20,000 nt of DNA from Chromera velia (Eukaryota): NCBI GenBank assembly GCA_018398765.1, contig JAHBMJ010000057.1:117279-137278 (forward strand), read 5' to 3'. Below the pieces are notes generated by a model. It was not told the origin of the DNA, ran no database searches, and was given only the letters and a program-made list of their open reading frames with translations. Positions 9,880-20,000 of this stretch are shown here, piece by piece; position 1 is the first letter of the stretch, and every line of letters begins with the position of its first letter. The translations under genes were made by a program, and so were the position numbers.

Positions 9880-10690
9880 ATCATATACAAACGATTCTGT
9901 GAAATGAAGCACTTTGAACTTGAATAAACTTGAATTGGATAATCCATTGAATAAATTGTTTGCATAGAGCACCCTAGTAAAAAATAAATAACAACTACTA
10001 AATGTTATGATACATATCTTTTATTGTTTAAAATCTAGCTTAAAATCTACCTTGAAAAGTCGATTTATTCCTCCTTCAAATTTGAAAGCTATAAGAATAG
10101 TGCAGACTTATAACTGACAATATTTTTGTGAATGGTTATAAAAGCATGCCTCTCCAGAGATTGAAGCTTTTGATTTGAAGTGTTGATTAAGGCAGTGTAG
10201 TATGGCATCCTAGAAAATGACAACTTTTCCTTCCTTAACGTTAAAAGTATCTAGCTAGCTCTAAATATCGATGACGATGGCGCATCATAGTCATAGTCAT
10301 ATTTTTGTGAATGGTTATGAAAGCAATTTTATAAAAACAATTAAAAATTCTACTAGCAAAATTTAAAAATGGAATTTTAACCTAGATTTTAACATAATGG
10401 ACTGTGATTTGTATGTTTTTGAGTAGTTATAAGCCTGATAGTTAGTTAGTTAGAGGATGCCTAACCCCAGTTGGAGCGCTAAGCTCCCGGGCTATGAGAT
10501 TTTTATTAACTTTAAATTTTTTTATAATTGTTCACATATACTTATGCTAAATTATGCATTTTTTTTTAAGAAAAGACCTCTTTCCAAAGAAAGTTAGAAA
10601 GAAAGTAAAAGAAAATGAAATAACATTTCTGATAAAAAGATCAACTTTGATTTTCATCATCATAAACTGTTGTTATCAGTCTATTTATTC
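9880..10690. other. AT-rich intergenic tract downstream of QSOX
   Basis: Visible shift to A/T-rich sequence with no credible ORF. Contains a 27-bp direct repeat atatttttgtgaatggttat(a/g)aaagca at 10120 and 10299. Confidence 0.6.
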
Positions 10691-11096
10691 GCGTCTCTAG
10701 TAGCGTTTATCCCCCATTCAAATTCTACCTCTACCACTTTGGTAGCTAGTTTGGTAGTTGTTGCTTTTCCATAGGCAAATGTCACACCGCTCCACGGGCA
10801 TTTATATATCTCCCTGGAAGAACTCATCGGAAAGATGTCCTTCATACCCTGAGAATTTCTCTCAGAGCGAGTAGGGGAGGCACCGAGAAACACTGACTGT
10901 CCCCTTCGCTGTTCCTGTAAGTAGCAGCCTGCCCCAAGATTCCCTATATGTGTCAGAATTTGCTCCTGGTGTCATGTTTTAAGTTCTGTACGGAATCATC
11001 CGAGCGGTACTGCACTGCACTGCACTGCTCCGGTGACCGTCACCCATGATCACCCTGTACTTAGCCCTGTACTGGGCAGCCCCCCCCTCTCTCTTC

Positions 11097-11510
11097 TCCC
11101 TCTCCACCCGCATGCCGACTCCATCTCCCTCTTCATCCGCACGCCGACTCCACCTCCCTCTCCATCCGCACGCCGACTCCACCTCCCTCTCCATCCACAC
11201 GTCGACTCGCTCTCCCTCTCCATCCGCACGCCGACTCCATCTCCCTCCACCATCCGCATGCCGACTCCATCTCCCTCTCCATCCGCACGCCGACTCCATC
11301 TCCCTCTCCATCTGCACGCCGACTCCATCTCCCTCTCCATCTGCACGCCGACTCCATCTCCCTCTCCACCTGCACGCCGACTCCATCTCCCTCTCCACCC
11401 GCACGCCGACTCCATCTCCCTCTCCATCAGCACGCCGACTCCATCTCCCTCTCCATCCGCACGCCGACTCCATCTCCCTCTTCCCTCTCCATCCGCACGC
11501 CGACTCCATT
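11097..11510. repeat. Minisatellite, ~29-bp unit, about 14 copies
   Basis: Consensus ctccatctccctctccatccgcacgccga with scattered substitutions. It explains the repetitive ORFs in several frames. Confidence 0.93.
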
Positions 11511-11517
11511 TCCTTCT

Positions 11518-11855
11518 CACCCAAAACACACTCCCCCCAACAGTCCCACGAACTCACCTCCCTCCATTCCCACCCAAAACACACTCCCCCCAACAGTCCC
11601 ACGAACTCACCTCTCTCCATTCCCACCCAAAACACACTCCCCCCAACAGTCCCACGAACTCACCTCTCTCCATTCCCACCCAAAACACACTCCCCCGAAA
11701 AGTCCCACGAACTCACCTCTCTCCATTCCCACCCAAAACACACTCCCCTGAAAAGTCCCACGAACTCACCTCTCTCCATTCCCACCCAAAACACACTCCC
11801 CCGAAAAGTCCCACGAACTCACCTCCCTCCATTCCCACCCATAACACTCCCCCCA
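11518..11855. repeat. Minisatellite, 53-bp unit, 6 copies plus a partial copy
   Basis: Unit cacccaaaacacactccccccaacagtcccacgaactcacctc(c/t)ctccattcc starts at 11518, 11571, 11624, 11677, 11730, 11783, with a partial copy at 11836. Confidence 0.93.
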
Positions 11856-12177
11856 AACGGTAGCAAGGCACTCAAAAAAATGAGGCAGGCTGGGACACAT
11901 CAAAGAAGATCATAGACCGGCGGCAGTCTGGCAGAAGGCAGACAGGCAGGCAGACAGGCAGACGACGGGCAAGCAATCAACCTGGGGATTCGACCAAATG
12001 CCCTTTTCCCTCAATTATCTTAAACCAAGAGTTGTCCTTTTCTGTTTCTTGTTCATTTCTAGATGCAACGAATACGAAGGGAATTCTGAAAGAACGAACA
12101 AGAACGAAAGACATACGAAAGACAATAAGACAAGTGAAAACACAGACGAGGAAAAACGACGAATAGAAAGTAAAATG
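11854..12177. repeat. Diverged ~300-bp direct repeat, copy 1 (copy 2 at 13056-13353)
   Basis: caaacggtagcaaggcactcaa...caacctggggattcgaccaaatgcccttttccctcaatt...gaaaacacagacgaggaaaaacga...aaaatg is present at both sites with substitutions and small indels. Confidence 0.92.
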
Positions 12178-12317
12178 TCGAAGAATAGGAAGAGAGGCTG
12201 TCCACACAGCAACTCGTAGAGCACACAGCCGAGCGACCGCAAGTCTGCTGTTTCGGTGTAGTCACTGTGGCCGTGGGTGGAGACGCCGCTGCGCACCTCG
12301 GGAGCCATCGTCTGCAA

Positions 12318-12768
12318 GGAGACGGGAAGGGAAGGGAAAAAGGGGAAGGGAAAGAGACGGGAAGGGAGGGGAAGAGACGGGAAGGGAAGGGGAAAAGGTG
12401 AAGGGAAGGAGGCGGGAAGGGAGGGGAAGAGACGGGAAGGGAAGGGGAAAAGGTGAAGGGAAAGAGACGGGAAGGGAGGGGAAGAGACGGGAAGGGAGGG
12501 GAAGAGACGGGAAGGGAAGGGGAAAAGGTGAAGGGAAGGAGACGGAAGGGAAGGAAAAAAGGTGAAGGGAAGGAAGGGAAGGAAGGAAAGGAAAAAAGGT
12601 GAAGGGAAGGAGAGGGGAAGGAAAGGAAAAAAGGTGAAGGGAAAAAGACGGGAAGAAAAGGAAAAAAGGTGAAGGGAAGGAAGGGAAGGAAGGAAAGGAA
12701 AAAAGGTGAAGGGAAGGAGACGGGAAGGAAAGGAAAAAAGGTGACGGGAAGGAGAGGGGAAGGGAAAT
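12318..12768. repeat. Polypurine/polypyrimidine low-complexity tract in kinase intron 2
   Basis: Almost entirely G/A on the + strand, with degenerate units such as gagacgggaagggagggga and aaaaggtgaagggaagga. Confidence 0.9.
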
Positions 12769-13055
12769 GCGACTTCACAGTCTGACACACTGACCCTGAA
12801 CGTACCAACGCCTCTGGTGAGTCCCCCGCAACTAGCGACGTTGTCGACACACTGCGCCAGACGGGACACACTGCGCCAGACGGAGGTCCCCCCCCCAGCC
12901 TCACCGATCCGTCTGCTCCCACCACCAGAATGTTCGCCTGCAACCAGTCAGTCGGGGTCATGGCGCGGCGTTCAATGCGTTGCGTAATTCAATGCAGAAC
13001 TTGGACAGGCAGGAAGGAGACAGCTAGAGAAAGCGATGGGCCTGTCAGTATCGTA

Positions 13056-13353
13056 CAAACGGTAGCAAGGCACTCAAGAAAGGATCGAGGCAGGCTGGGA
13101 CACATCAAAGAAGTTCATAGACCGGCCGCAGTCTGGCAGAAGGCAGACAGGCAGGCAGGCAGACAGGCAAGCAATCAACCTGGGGATTCGACCAAATGCC
13201 CTTTTCCCTCAATTGTCTTAAACCAAGAGTTGTCTTTTTTGTTTCTTGTTCATTTCTAGATGCAATGAATACGAAGGAAATCCAGAAAGAACGAAAGACA
13301 ATAACACAAGTGAAAACACAGACGAGGAAAAACGAAGGATAGAAAGCAAAATG
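13056..13353. repeat. Diverged ~300-bp direct repeat, copy 2, inside kinase intron 1
   Basis: Aligns by eye with 11854-12177. Confidence 0.92.
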
Positions 13354-14797
13354 AAAGTCTCTCGACTTCCAGACAGGCTCCTCTTAGAAAATCCCAAGAG
13401 GTGCAAAAAGAAAATGAGAAAAGGCTAGGAAAAGGAGAAAAGGGCACATGCAGAAAGGGACGATAAGGGACGTTCACAGAAAGAGAGAGAGAGAAACCCC
13501 ACACACAGAGATTCAGAGAGTCGATTCACCAGCTTCACATCGCGGTGGATGACGCGATTACCATGGAGGAAGCGCAGGGCCTCCGTAACCTGGAGAGCGA
13601 ACTTCTTCACCTCCTTCAGGTCTTCTTCATCCATAAGAAACCCACTGCCTTTCTGTCTCCTCCACGTTTGGAGGTCCCGTTCCATCAATTCCATCACAAT
13701 GAAGAGAGCCCCCCCTGCCCTTGCGACCAGGTGCGCGTGCAAGATGCGCCGGTGCCTTAGATTGGTTATCAATTGCACCTCCCGGATCAGCTGCTGCACC
13801 CACCAGTCGGTCAGGGGCCAGATTAGGCCAGATCCCCAGGTCAACTCTCTTGACTGCAAGATTGCACTCAGGCTCTCCCACCGTCTCCGCCAAAACCTCA
13901 CAGGCTTTGTGTAAGTTCCCCTTCCAATCGCGTTGACGCGCAAAACGAAGGTCCTCCCCAGGACCGTCAAGTGGGTCCCGTTGAAGTTTCCCTCAGGGAG
14001 AGAGGGCCGCCGTCTCCTCCCCCCGGTGCCGAGGGCCCCCCGCTCTCCATCCTACCCCTAGATCCAGAAGATCCCAAAACTCCACCGCCACTCATCAGGC
14101 TCTTGAGAGAAAGTCCACAAGAAGGGACTCACGACAGTGATAGAGTCTGGCACTCTCACGGACCAATTCGATTCTGTCTATACAGACACTAATTATTGGC
14201 CGTGCCACGGGGTCGATCCCACCGAGAGCCGAGCCGGTGTGCGTTTAGTCACTGAAGAATTTGGGTGAAACCTTTTGCCTCTCGCTGATCTCCAGATTCA
14301 CTCCCCGACCTCCTGGCACTTTCTAGAGGCGGCAGAAGGCAGTCGGCGAAGGCGCCGAAAGATGCTGAAATTCGTCGATCGACCTGACCAGAAATAGTAC
14401 CTCCACCATGCTCCACCATATTAATATACCTCCACCCGTCTCCATGCATGCGTGCATGCATTTCTGCAAGAGCCCCCCCAACATCCCCCCAACCTTCCAA
14501 ACAAATTCCATGCAAACATTCCGCGTGCGAGCGCCTTCGATCCCAGTACGCGTAGGGGGTCTTCTTGCTCTCCTCTCTCATGCAAGCTTCAACAACCTTT
14601 TTGATTTTGCCAAAGAGACTAAAAGCTTGGTTTGGTCGGTCAGTATTCTCTGCTTCTCAGCTTTTTTGCTTCGTCCCTTTTTGTTGACATCGAATTCAAT
14701 CAGTGAGTCAGGCACTCGGCCGTCTGACCTTCCTTCTTCCCGAGGCAGACCTTAAGGGAAGGGGAAGGACAGGGAGGCCAATAGGCAGGAGGGAAGA

Positions 14798-17700
14798 ATG
14801 TCAAGTGGTGAATCCTCCGGGGTTCTTTTTACTTTCATTCTAGACTTTGCAATCTTTGGAGTCTCCTTCATAGGATTTCTTTACTTGAGGAGACTGAGAG
14901 ACGATGATGAGAAAGGTCAGTCTGCTGTCTTCGGTGGGGTTGTCTCGCGTGCGTGCTCGTGCGCATCTGGGCTCTGTATTTGACATGCTGGGGAATTGAG
15001 TCTCTTTCCGTGACCGGTTACACGTGAGACGGAAGCAGGACGGGTGGGCACCCTCCGCTTGGTGTCAGGAGCGGGGAGTGACAGCAACCTTCCGGCGTCT
15101 CCGGTGCACGTAGAGTTGTGTGTGAGGGAGTGCTCCCGGGTGATGGTCCATTCGAGAGGGAAAGGAGGGAAAATCATGGTGGCGCGGGTGGGAAAGAAGA
15201 GGTAGACTTGGGAGGGTTGGGAGACGGAGCGGGGTGGGTGGACAGAGTGAAGAGACGGGACTGACAGATAGAGGGACGCATTGTGGGCAGCTCGGGAGAA
15301 GAGAAGAGACGGTGGAGAACGGGGGACAAATTGTGGGCAGCTTGGGAGAAGAGAAGAGACGGTGGAGAACGGGGGACAAATTGTGGGCAGCTCGGGAGAA
15401 GAGAAGAGACGGTGGAGAACGGGGGACAAATTGTGGGCAGCTTGGGAGAAGAGAAGAGACGGTGGAGAACGGGGGACAAATTGTGGGCAGCTCGGGAGAA
15501 GAGAAGAGACGGTGAAGAACGGGGGACAAATTGTGGGCAGCTCGGGAGAAGAGAAGAGACGGTGAAGAACGGGGGACAAATTGTGGGCAGCTCGGGAGAA
15601 GAGAAGAGACGGTGAAGAAGGGGGGACAAATTGTGGGCAGCTCGGGAGAAGAGAAGAGACGGTGAAGAACGGGGGACAAATTGTGGGCAGCTCGGGAGAA
15701 GAGAAGAGACGGTGAAGAAGGGGGGACAAATTGTGGGCAGCTTGGGAGAAGAGAAGAGACGGTGGAGAACGGGGGACAAATTGTGGGCAGCTCGGGAGAA
15801 GAGAAGAGACGGTGGAGAACGGGGGACAAATTGTGGGCAGCTTGGGAGAAGAGAAGAGACGGTGGAGAACGGGGGACAAATTGTGGGCAGCTCGGGAGAA
15901 GAGAAGAGATGGTGAAGAACGGGGGACACATTGTGGGCAGCTCGGGAGAAGAGAAGAGACGGTGAAGAACGGGGGACAAATTGTGGGCAGCTCGGGAGAA
16001 GAGAAGAGACGGTGAAGAACGGGGGACAAATTGTGATGAGTTGAACAAGAAACTTAGGAGACTGAGACAGCTTGACGAGAGAGAGAGACGATAATATTTA
16101 CCCAGGAAAGGAATGGGAAGAACAAAGGAGCCCGACTGGAGTGACTTGGAAAGGAAGGAAGGAATAGGATTGAATCTGTGTGTCAGAACTGCGTCGGGGG
16201 TGTAGTCGTGAAGTCTTCTCGGGGAAACCTGCGTTCTCAGTCTGTTGCTGACTATGCGCCCTCTCCCCCCCCCCATCCGATAGTTTTCTTACTGTTCCTT
16301 CCGTCTCTTCACGTCCCCATCCGTCTCGCCTGCGTCCTTCCACCTGGGTGCTCTTGCTGTCTCCTCTTGCTGTCTCCTCCTGCCACCCTGAGTCTCCCTT
16401 TTTCCCGCTTTCCCGATTCCTCGCTTTCTTCCCTCCTCCACATTGATTCTCTCCTGAGGTTGGTCATTTCGCAAGACACTCACTGACCGACCATGTATGA
16501 GAGTGTCGTGCAGGTGCCCCCCTTCTGAATGCCGAGGGCGGTTTCCTCTCCCCCTCTTCCCTCCATGCCAGCACTGCCGCGTTGAACCGCCAAGACTCTC
16601 GGAGCGGCTCGGGATTCTGGACCAGTTGGACGAACAGACTCTTCATAGACGACACGCTTTTCGACTCGGCGGATGTCCAGGCATACCTCATCTTCCTCAG
16701 AACCTGCATCAAACTATGCGTCAGCTGTCAGTCAGTCAATGCAGTGACTGCATGTCAGCCATGCAGGTAGCTTTCTTACACAGCTGTTCATTCTGCCGGC
16801 CTGCCTTGCAACTTCATTCCTCGTGATTGATGAAGAGGCAGGGCGCGTTGGAAGGACTGCACAGGGAGGGAAACCAGAGAGGAGCTAGGGGAGAGAAGGA
16901 GGTGCATGGAATGGAATTAAGTCAGATTGATGCAGTGACAGACAGCACACGATAGATATGGATAGACAATCACTCACAGTAGGTTTACCCATTGGATGCA
17001 CCACTCTCCTCTTCTCCGTTACTATTGTGCTTCCTTGCCTTTCCTGTGCGAACGTTCATGTTTCTTTCTTTCTTCTTCCCTCTCCCCTGGCTGCAGTGTC
17101 TCTGATCGGGTGCGTCCTCGTGATTCCCGTCGTCTGGACGGCCCCCAAGGCCCCGGCACAGAAGGACCCGAACGGAGGTGTGGGGGGCCCTGCGGCGTCT
17201 CTCTCTCTCCTGTCTGGGCCCCCTCTACCTCCCTTCGTTGAGTCTCTGGTGGAAGAGAGGAGGCGCCGTGGAAGGGACGGGGAAGAGAAAGGGCCCCAGG
17301 AAATGCAGAGTCTGTCGGTGAGTGCCTCGATGGCTGCTCTGAAGACCATGCACCTGTCTCTGGATGAAACCCCTCAAGCAGAAGAGGACGAGGAGACGGA
17401 TGTTGCCGTCTCCGTCGCAGAGGGCAAAACCGCACTCCCATTGGACGGAGACACACTCTTCCGAACACGCCAAGGGTCTCTCTTGAAGCGCGTGGCTGCG
17501 GGGCTTGACTTGACAGCTGGGCCTAGCACGGGTTTGTGGATTTCTTTTGGGGGGGACGGCAGGGGTGACATATCGTTGCCTTCAGAGGACCCCGGTTGGG
17601 CCCTCACCGCAGCCCTGTTGGATCCCGGGGTCTTCCCCCTTCCTGAGGACTCCCCCCCCGTCTCCCTGGCCGCTTCCGAGACGGCAGCGGCGAAAGATAC

Positions 17701-17989
17701 CAAGAAGAAAAAGCCAAAGAAGCGCGAGAGAACGCCAAAGAAGACAACAAATAGAGCAAAAGCACAAACAAGGGAGAAAGTGAACAGGCCGGAGAGAAAA
17801 GAAGACAGTGCTTCCAAGAAGAGTGACGATGAATCACCCCCTCCGTCCCAACAGCAACATAAAGAATCACCCCAACAGCACAGAGCCCCCCTAGAGGTCT
17901 TAAAGGCCTCTGCAGGAGAGAGCACACGCAGCCAACCCCACAGTCACTCCCCCTCTTCCTTTCCCTTCACCTCCGAGACCCATCCCCCC
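14798..17989 (+). CDS. OSCA/TMEM63/CSC1 (RSN1-type) mechanosensitive cation channel-like protein, 5' part only, cut at the NNN
   Basis: Exons 14798-14915, 16514-16726 and 17097-(>17989), with GTCAGT donors, GCAG acceptors and consistent phase 1. The product MSSGESSGVLFTFILDFAIFGVSFIGFLYLRRLR...GFWTSWTNRLFIDDTLFDSADVQAYLIFLRTCIKLCVSLSLIGCVLVIPVVWTA fits the OSCA/RSN1 N-terminal TM0...W...D-A-YL.FLR-TM1-P pattern. Further introns inside the third segment cannot be excluded. Confidence 0.72.
15281..16035. repeat. Minisatellite, 15 x 50 bp, in intron 1 of the OSCA-like gene
   Basis: Unit ttgtgggcagct(c/t)gggagaagagaagagacggtg(g/a)agaacgggggacaaa with an exact 50-bp period from 15281 to 16030, plus a partial ttgtg. 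Confidence 0.97.
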
Positions 17990-20000
17990 NNNGGGGGGAT
18001 GGGTCTCGGAGGTGAAGGGAAAGGAAGAGGGGGAGTGACTGTGGGGTTGGCTGCGTGTGCTCTCTCCTGCAGAGGCCTTTAAGACCTCTAGGGGGGCTCT
18101 GTGCTGTTGGGGTGATTCTTTATGTTGCTGTTGGGACGGAGGGGGTGATTCATCGTCACTCTTCTTGGAAGCACTGTCTTCTTTTCTCTCCGGCCTGTTC
18201 ACTTTCTCCCTTGTTTGTGCTTTTGCTCTATTTGTTGTCTTCTTTGGCGTTCTCTCGCGCTTCTTTGGCTTTTTCTTCTTGGTATCTTTCGCCGCTGCCG
18301 TCTCGGAAGCGGCCAGGGAGACGGGGGGGGAGTCCTCAGGAAGGGGGAAGACCCCGGGATCCAACAGGGCTGCGGTGAGGGCCCAACCGGGGTCCTCTGA
18401 AGGCAACGATATGTCACCCCTGCCGTCCCCCCCAAAAGAAATCCACAAACCCGTGCTAGGCCCAGCTGTCAAGTCAAGCCCCGCAGCCACGCGCTTCAAG
18501 AGAGACCCTTGGCGTGTTCGGAAGAGTGTGTCTCCGTCCAATGGGAGTGCGGTTTTGCCCTCTGCGACGGAGACGGCAACATCCGTCTCCTCGTCCTCTT
18601 CTGCTTGAGGGGTTTCATCCAGAGACAGGTGCATGGTCTTCAGAGCAGCCATCGAGGCACTCACCGACAGACTCTGCATTTCCTGGGGCCCTTTCTCTTC
18701 CCCGTCCCTTCCACGGCGCCTCCTCTCTTCCACCAGAGACTCAACGAAGGGAGGTAGAGGGGGCCCAGACAGGAGAGAGAGAGACGCCGCAGGGCCCCCC
18801 ACACCTCCGTTCGGGTCCTTCTGTGCCGGGGCCTTGGGGGCCGTCCAGACGACGGGAATCACGAGGACGCACCCGATCAGAGACACTGCAGCCAGGGGAG
18901 AGGGAAGAAGAAAGAAAGAAACATGAACGTTCGCACAGGAAAGGCAAGGAAGCACAATAGTAACGGAGAAGAGGAGAGTGGTGCATCCAATGGGTAAACC
19001 TACTGTGAGTGATTGTCTATCCATATCTATCGTGTGCTGTCTGTCACTGCATCAATCTGACTTAATTCCATTCCATGCACCTCCTTCTCTCCCCTAGCTC
19101 CTCTCTGGTTTCCCTCCCTGTGCAGTCCTTCCAACGCGCCCTGCCTCTTCATCAATCACGAGGAATGAAGTTGCAAGGCAGGCCGGCAGAATGAACAGCT
19201 GTGTAAGAAAGCTACCTGCATGGCTGACATGCAGTCACTGCATTGACTGACTGACAGCTGACGCATAGTTTGATGCAGGTTCTGAGGAAGATGAGGTATG
19301 CCTGGACATCCGCCGAGTCGAAAAGCGTGTCGTCTATGAAGAGTCTGTTCGTCCAACTGGTCCAGAATCCCGAGCCGCTCCGAGAGTCTTGGCGGTTCAA
19401 CGCGGCAGTGCTGGCATGGAGGGAAGAGGGGGAGAGGAAACCGCCCTCGGCATTCAGAAGGGGGGCACCTGCACGACACTCTCATACATGGTCGGTCAGT
19501 GAGTGTCTTGCGAAATGACCAACCTCAGGAGAGAATCAATGTGGAGGAGGGAAGAAAGCGAGGAATCGGGAAAGCGGGAAAAAGGGAGACTCAGGGTGGC
19601 AGGAGGAGACAGCAAGAGGAGACAGCAAGAGCACCCAGGTGGAAGGACGCAGGCGAGACGGATGGGGACGTGAAGAGACGGAAGGAACAGTAAGAAAACT
19701 ATCGGATGGGGGGGGGGAGAGGGCGCATAGTCAGCAACAGACTGAGAACGCAGGTTTCCCCGAGAAGACTTCACGACTACACCCCCGACGCAGTTCTGAC
19801 ACACAGATTCAATCCTATTCCTTCCTTCCTTTCCAAGTCACTCCAGTCGGGCTCCTTTGTTCTTCCCATTCCTTTCCTGGGTAAATATTATCGTCTCTCT
19901 CTCTCGTCAAGCTGTCTCAGTCTCCTAAGTTTCTTGTTCAACTCATCACAATTTGTCCCCCGTTCTTCACCGTCTCTTCTCTTCTCCCGAGCTGCCCACA
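15982..20000. repeat. Giant inverted repeat (palindrome), arms 15982-17989 and 17993-20000, centred on NNN; probable assembly artefact
   Basis: Position x mirrors 35982-x. The centre reads acccatccccccNNNggggggatgggt. Identical ORFs occur on opposite strands (16958..18082+ and 17900..19024-). The right arm runs off the end of the window. Confidence 0.97.

Larger units (their letters stand above)
12190..14095 (-). pseudogene. Ser/Thr protein kinase pseudogene, 3 exons, frameshifted and 3'-truncated
   Basis: Exon 1 (~14095-13530): IGRGTY loop, LAVKRV (in a different frame), LIREV, FIVMELM, LRFLHGNRVIHRDVKL. Exon 2 (12937-12795): ANILV...VRLG(D)LRLA...VGTFR, disrupted by a G9 run and a 19-bp duplication. 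Exon 3 (12311-~12190): TMAPEV...DYTETADLRSLGCVLYELLCGQPLF. Both introns are GT..AG and phase 0. The candidate ATG at 14095 is out of frame with the kinase ORF, and subdomains X-XI are not found. Confidence 0.8.

Noticed and set aside
10979..11915. Long Pro/Ser/His-rich or Gly/Arg-rich ORFs on both strands
   Set aside because: They are translations of the 29-bp and 53-bp minisatellites, open in several frames at once.
12318..12768. Phe/Pro/Ser-rich protein segment within ORFs 12015..12869 and 12059..12961
   Set aside because: Polypyrimidine intron bounded by GTCAGT (12794) and TTGCAG (12312). Removing it joins GTFR to TMAPE.
11854..13353. LTR retrotransposon bounded by the ~300-bp direct repeats
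   Set aside because: No clear TG...CA termini, primer-binding site or gag/pol. The interior is kinase exons and intron.
15281..16035. CRISPR array or repeat protein (ORFs 14917..16029, 15065..16276 and others)
   Set aside because: Spacer-less 50-bp minisatellite inside a GT-AG intron. The ORFs arise because the unit lacks stop codons in those frames.
17900..19884. Second, minus-strand copy of the OSCA-like gene
   Set aside because: Exact mirror of the left arm across NNN, so not counted as an independent gene.

Overview
Eukaryotic, intron-rich genomic DNA. GTCAG(T/C)/GTGAGT donors, TGCAG acceptors, many TGCATG motifs and GA-rich introns suggest a chromerid or other apicomplexan-related alveolate such as Chromera (inference). 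From left to right: (1) a decayed minus-strand ORF remnant (~1-960); (2) a frameshifted minus-strand gene with P-loop NTPase plus PD-(D/E)XK-like nuclease architecture, resembling Crinkler/RHS-type CR proteins (1594-4049), whose leader is interrupted by eight perfect 59-bp repeats; (3) an apparently intact 8-exon quiescin sulfhydryl oxidase (QSOX) gene (4628-9851, 711 aa by my splice model), in which 5 of 14 splice junctions have a near-perfect decoy copy 86-114 bp away inside the intron; (4) an AT-rich spacer and two adjacent minisatellites; (5) a 3-exon minus-strand protein kinase pseudogene; (6) the 5' part of an OSCA/TMEM63/CSC1-like channel gene (from 14798) with a 15 x 50-bp intronic minisatellite; (7) a palindrome with arms of at least 2 kb centred on NNN at 17990-17992, most likely an assembly or fold-back artefact. 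No CRISPR array, rRNA, tRNA or intact mobile element was recognised.
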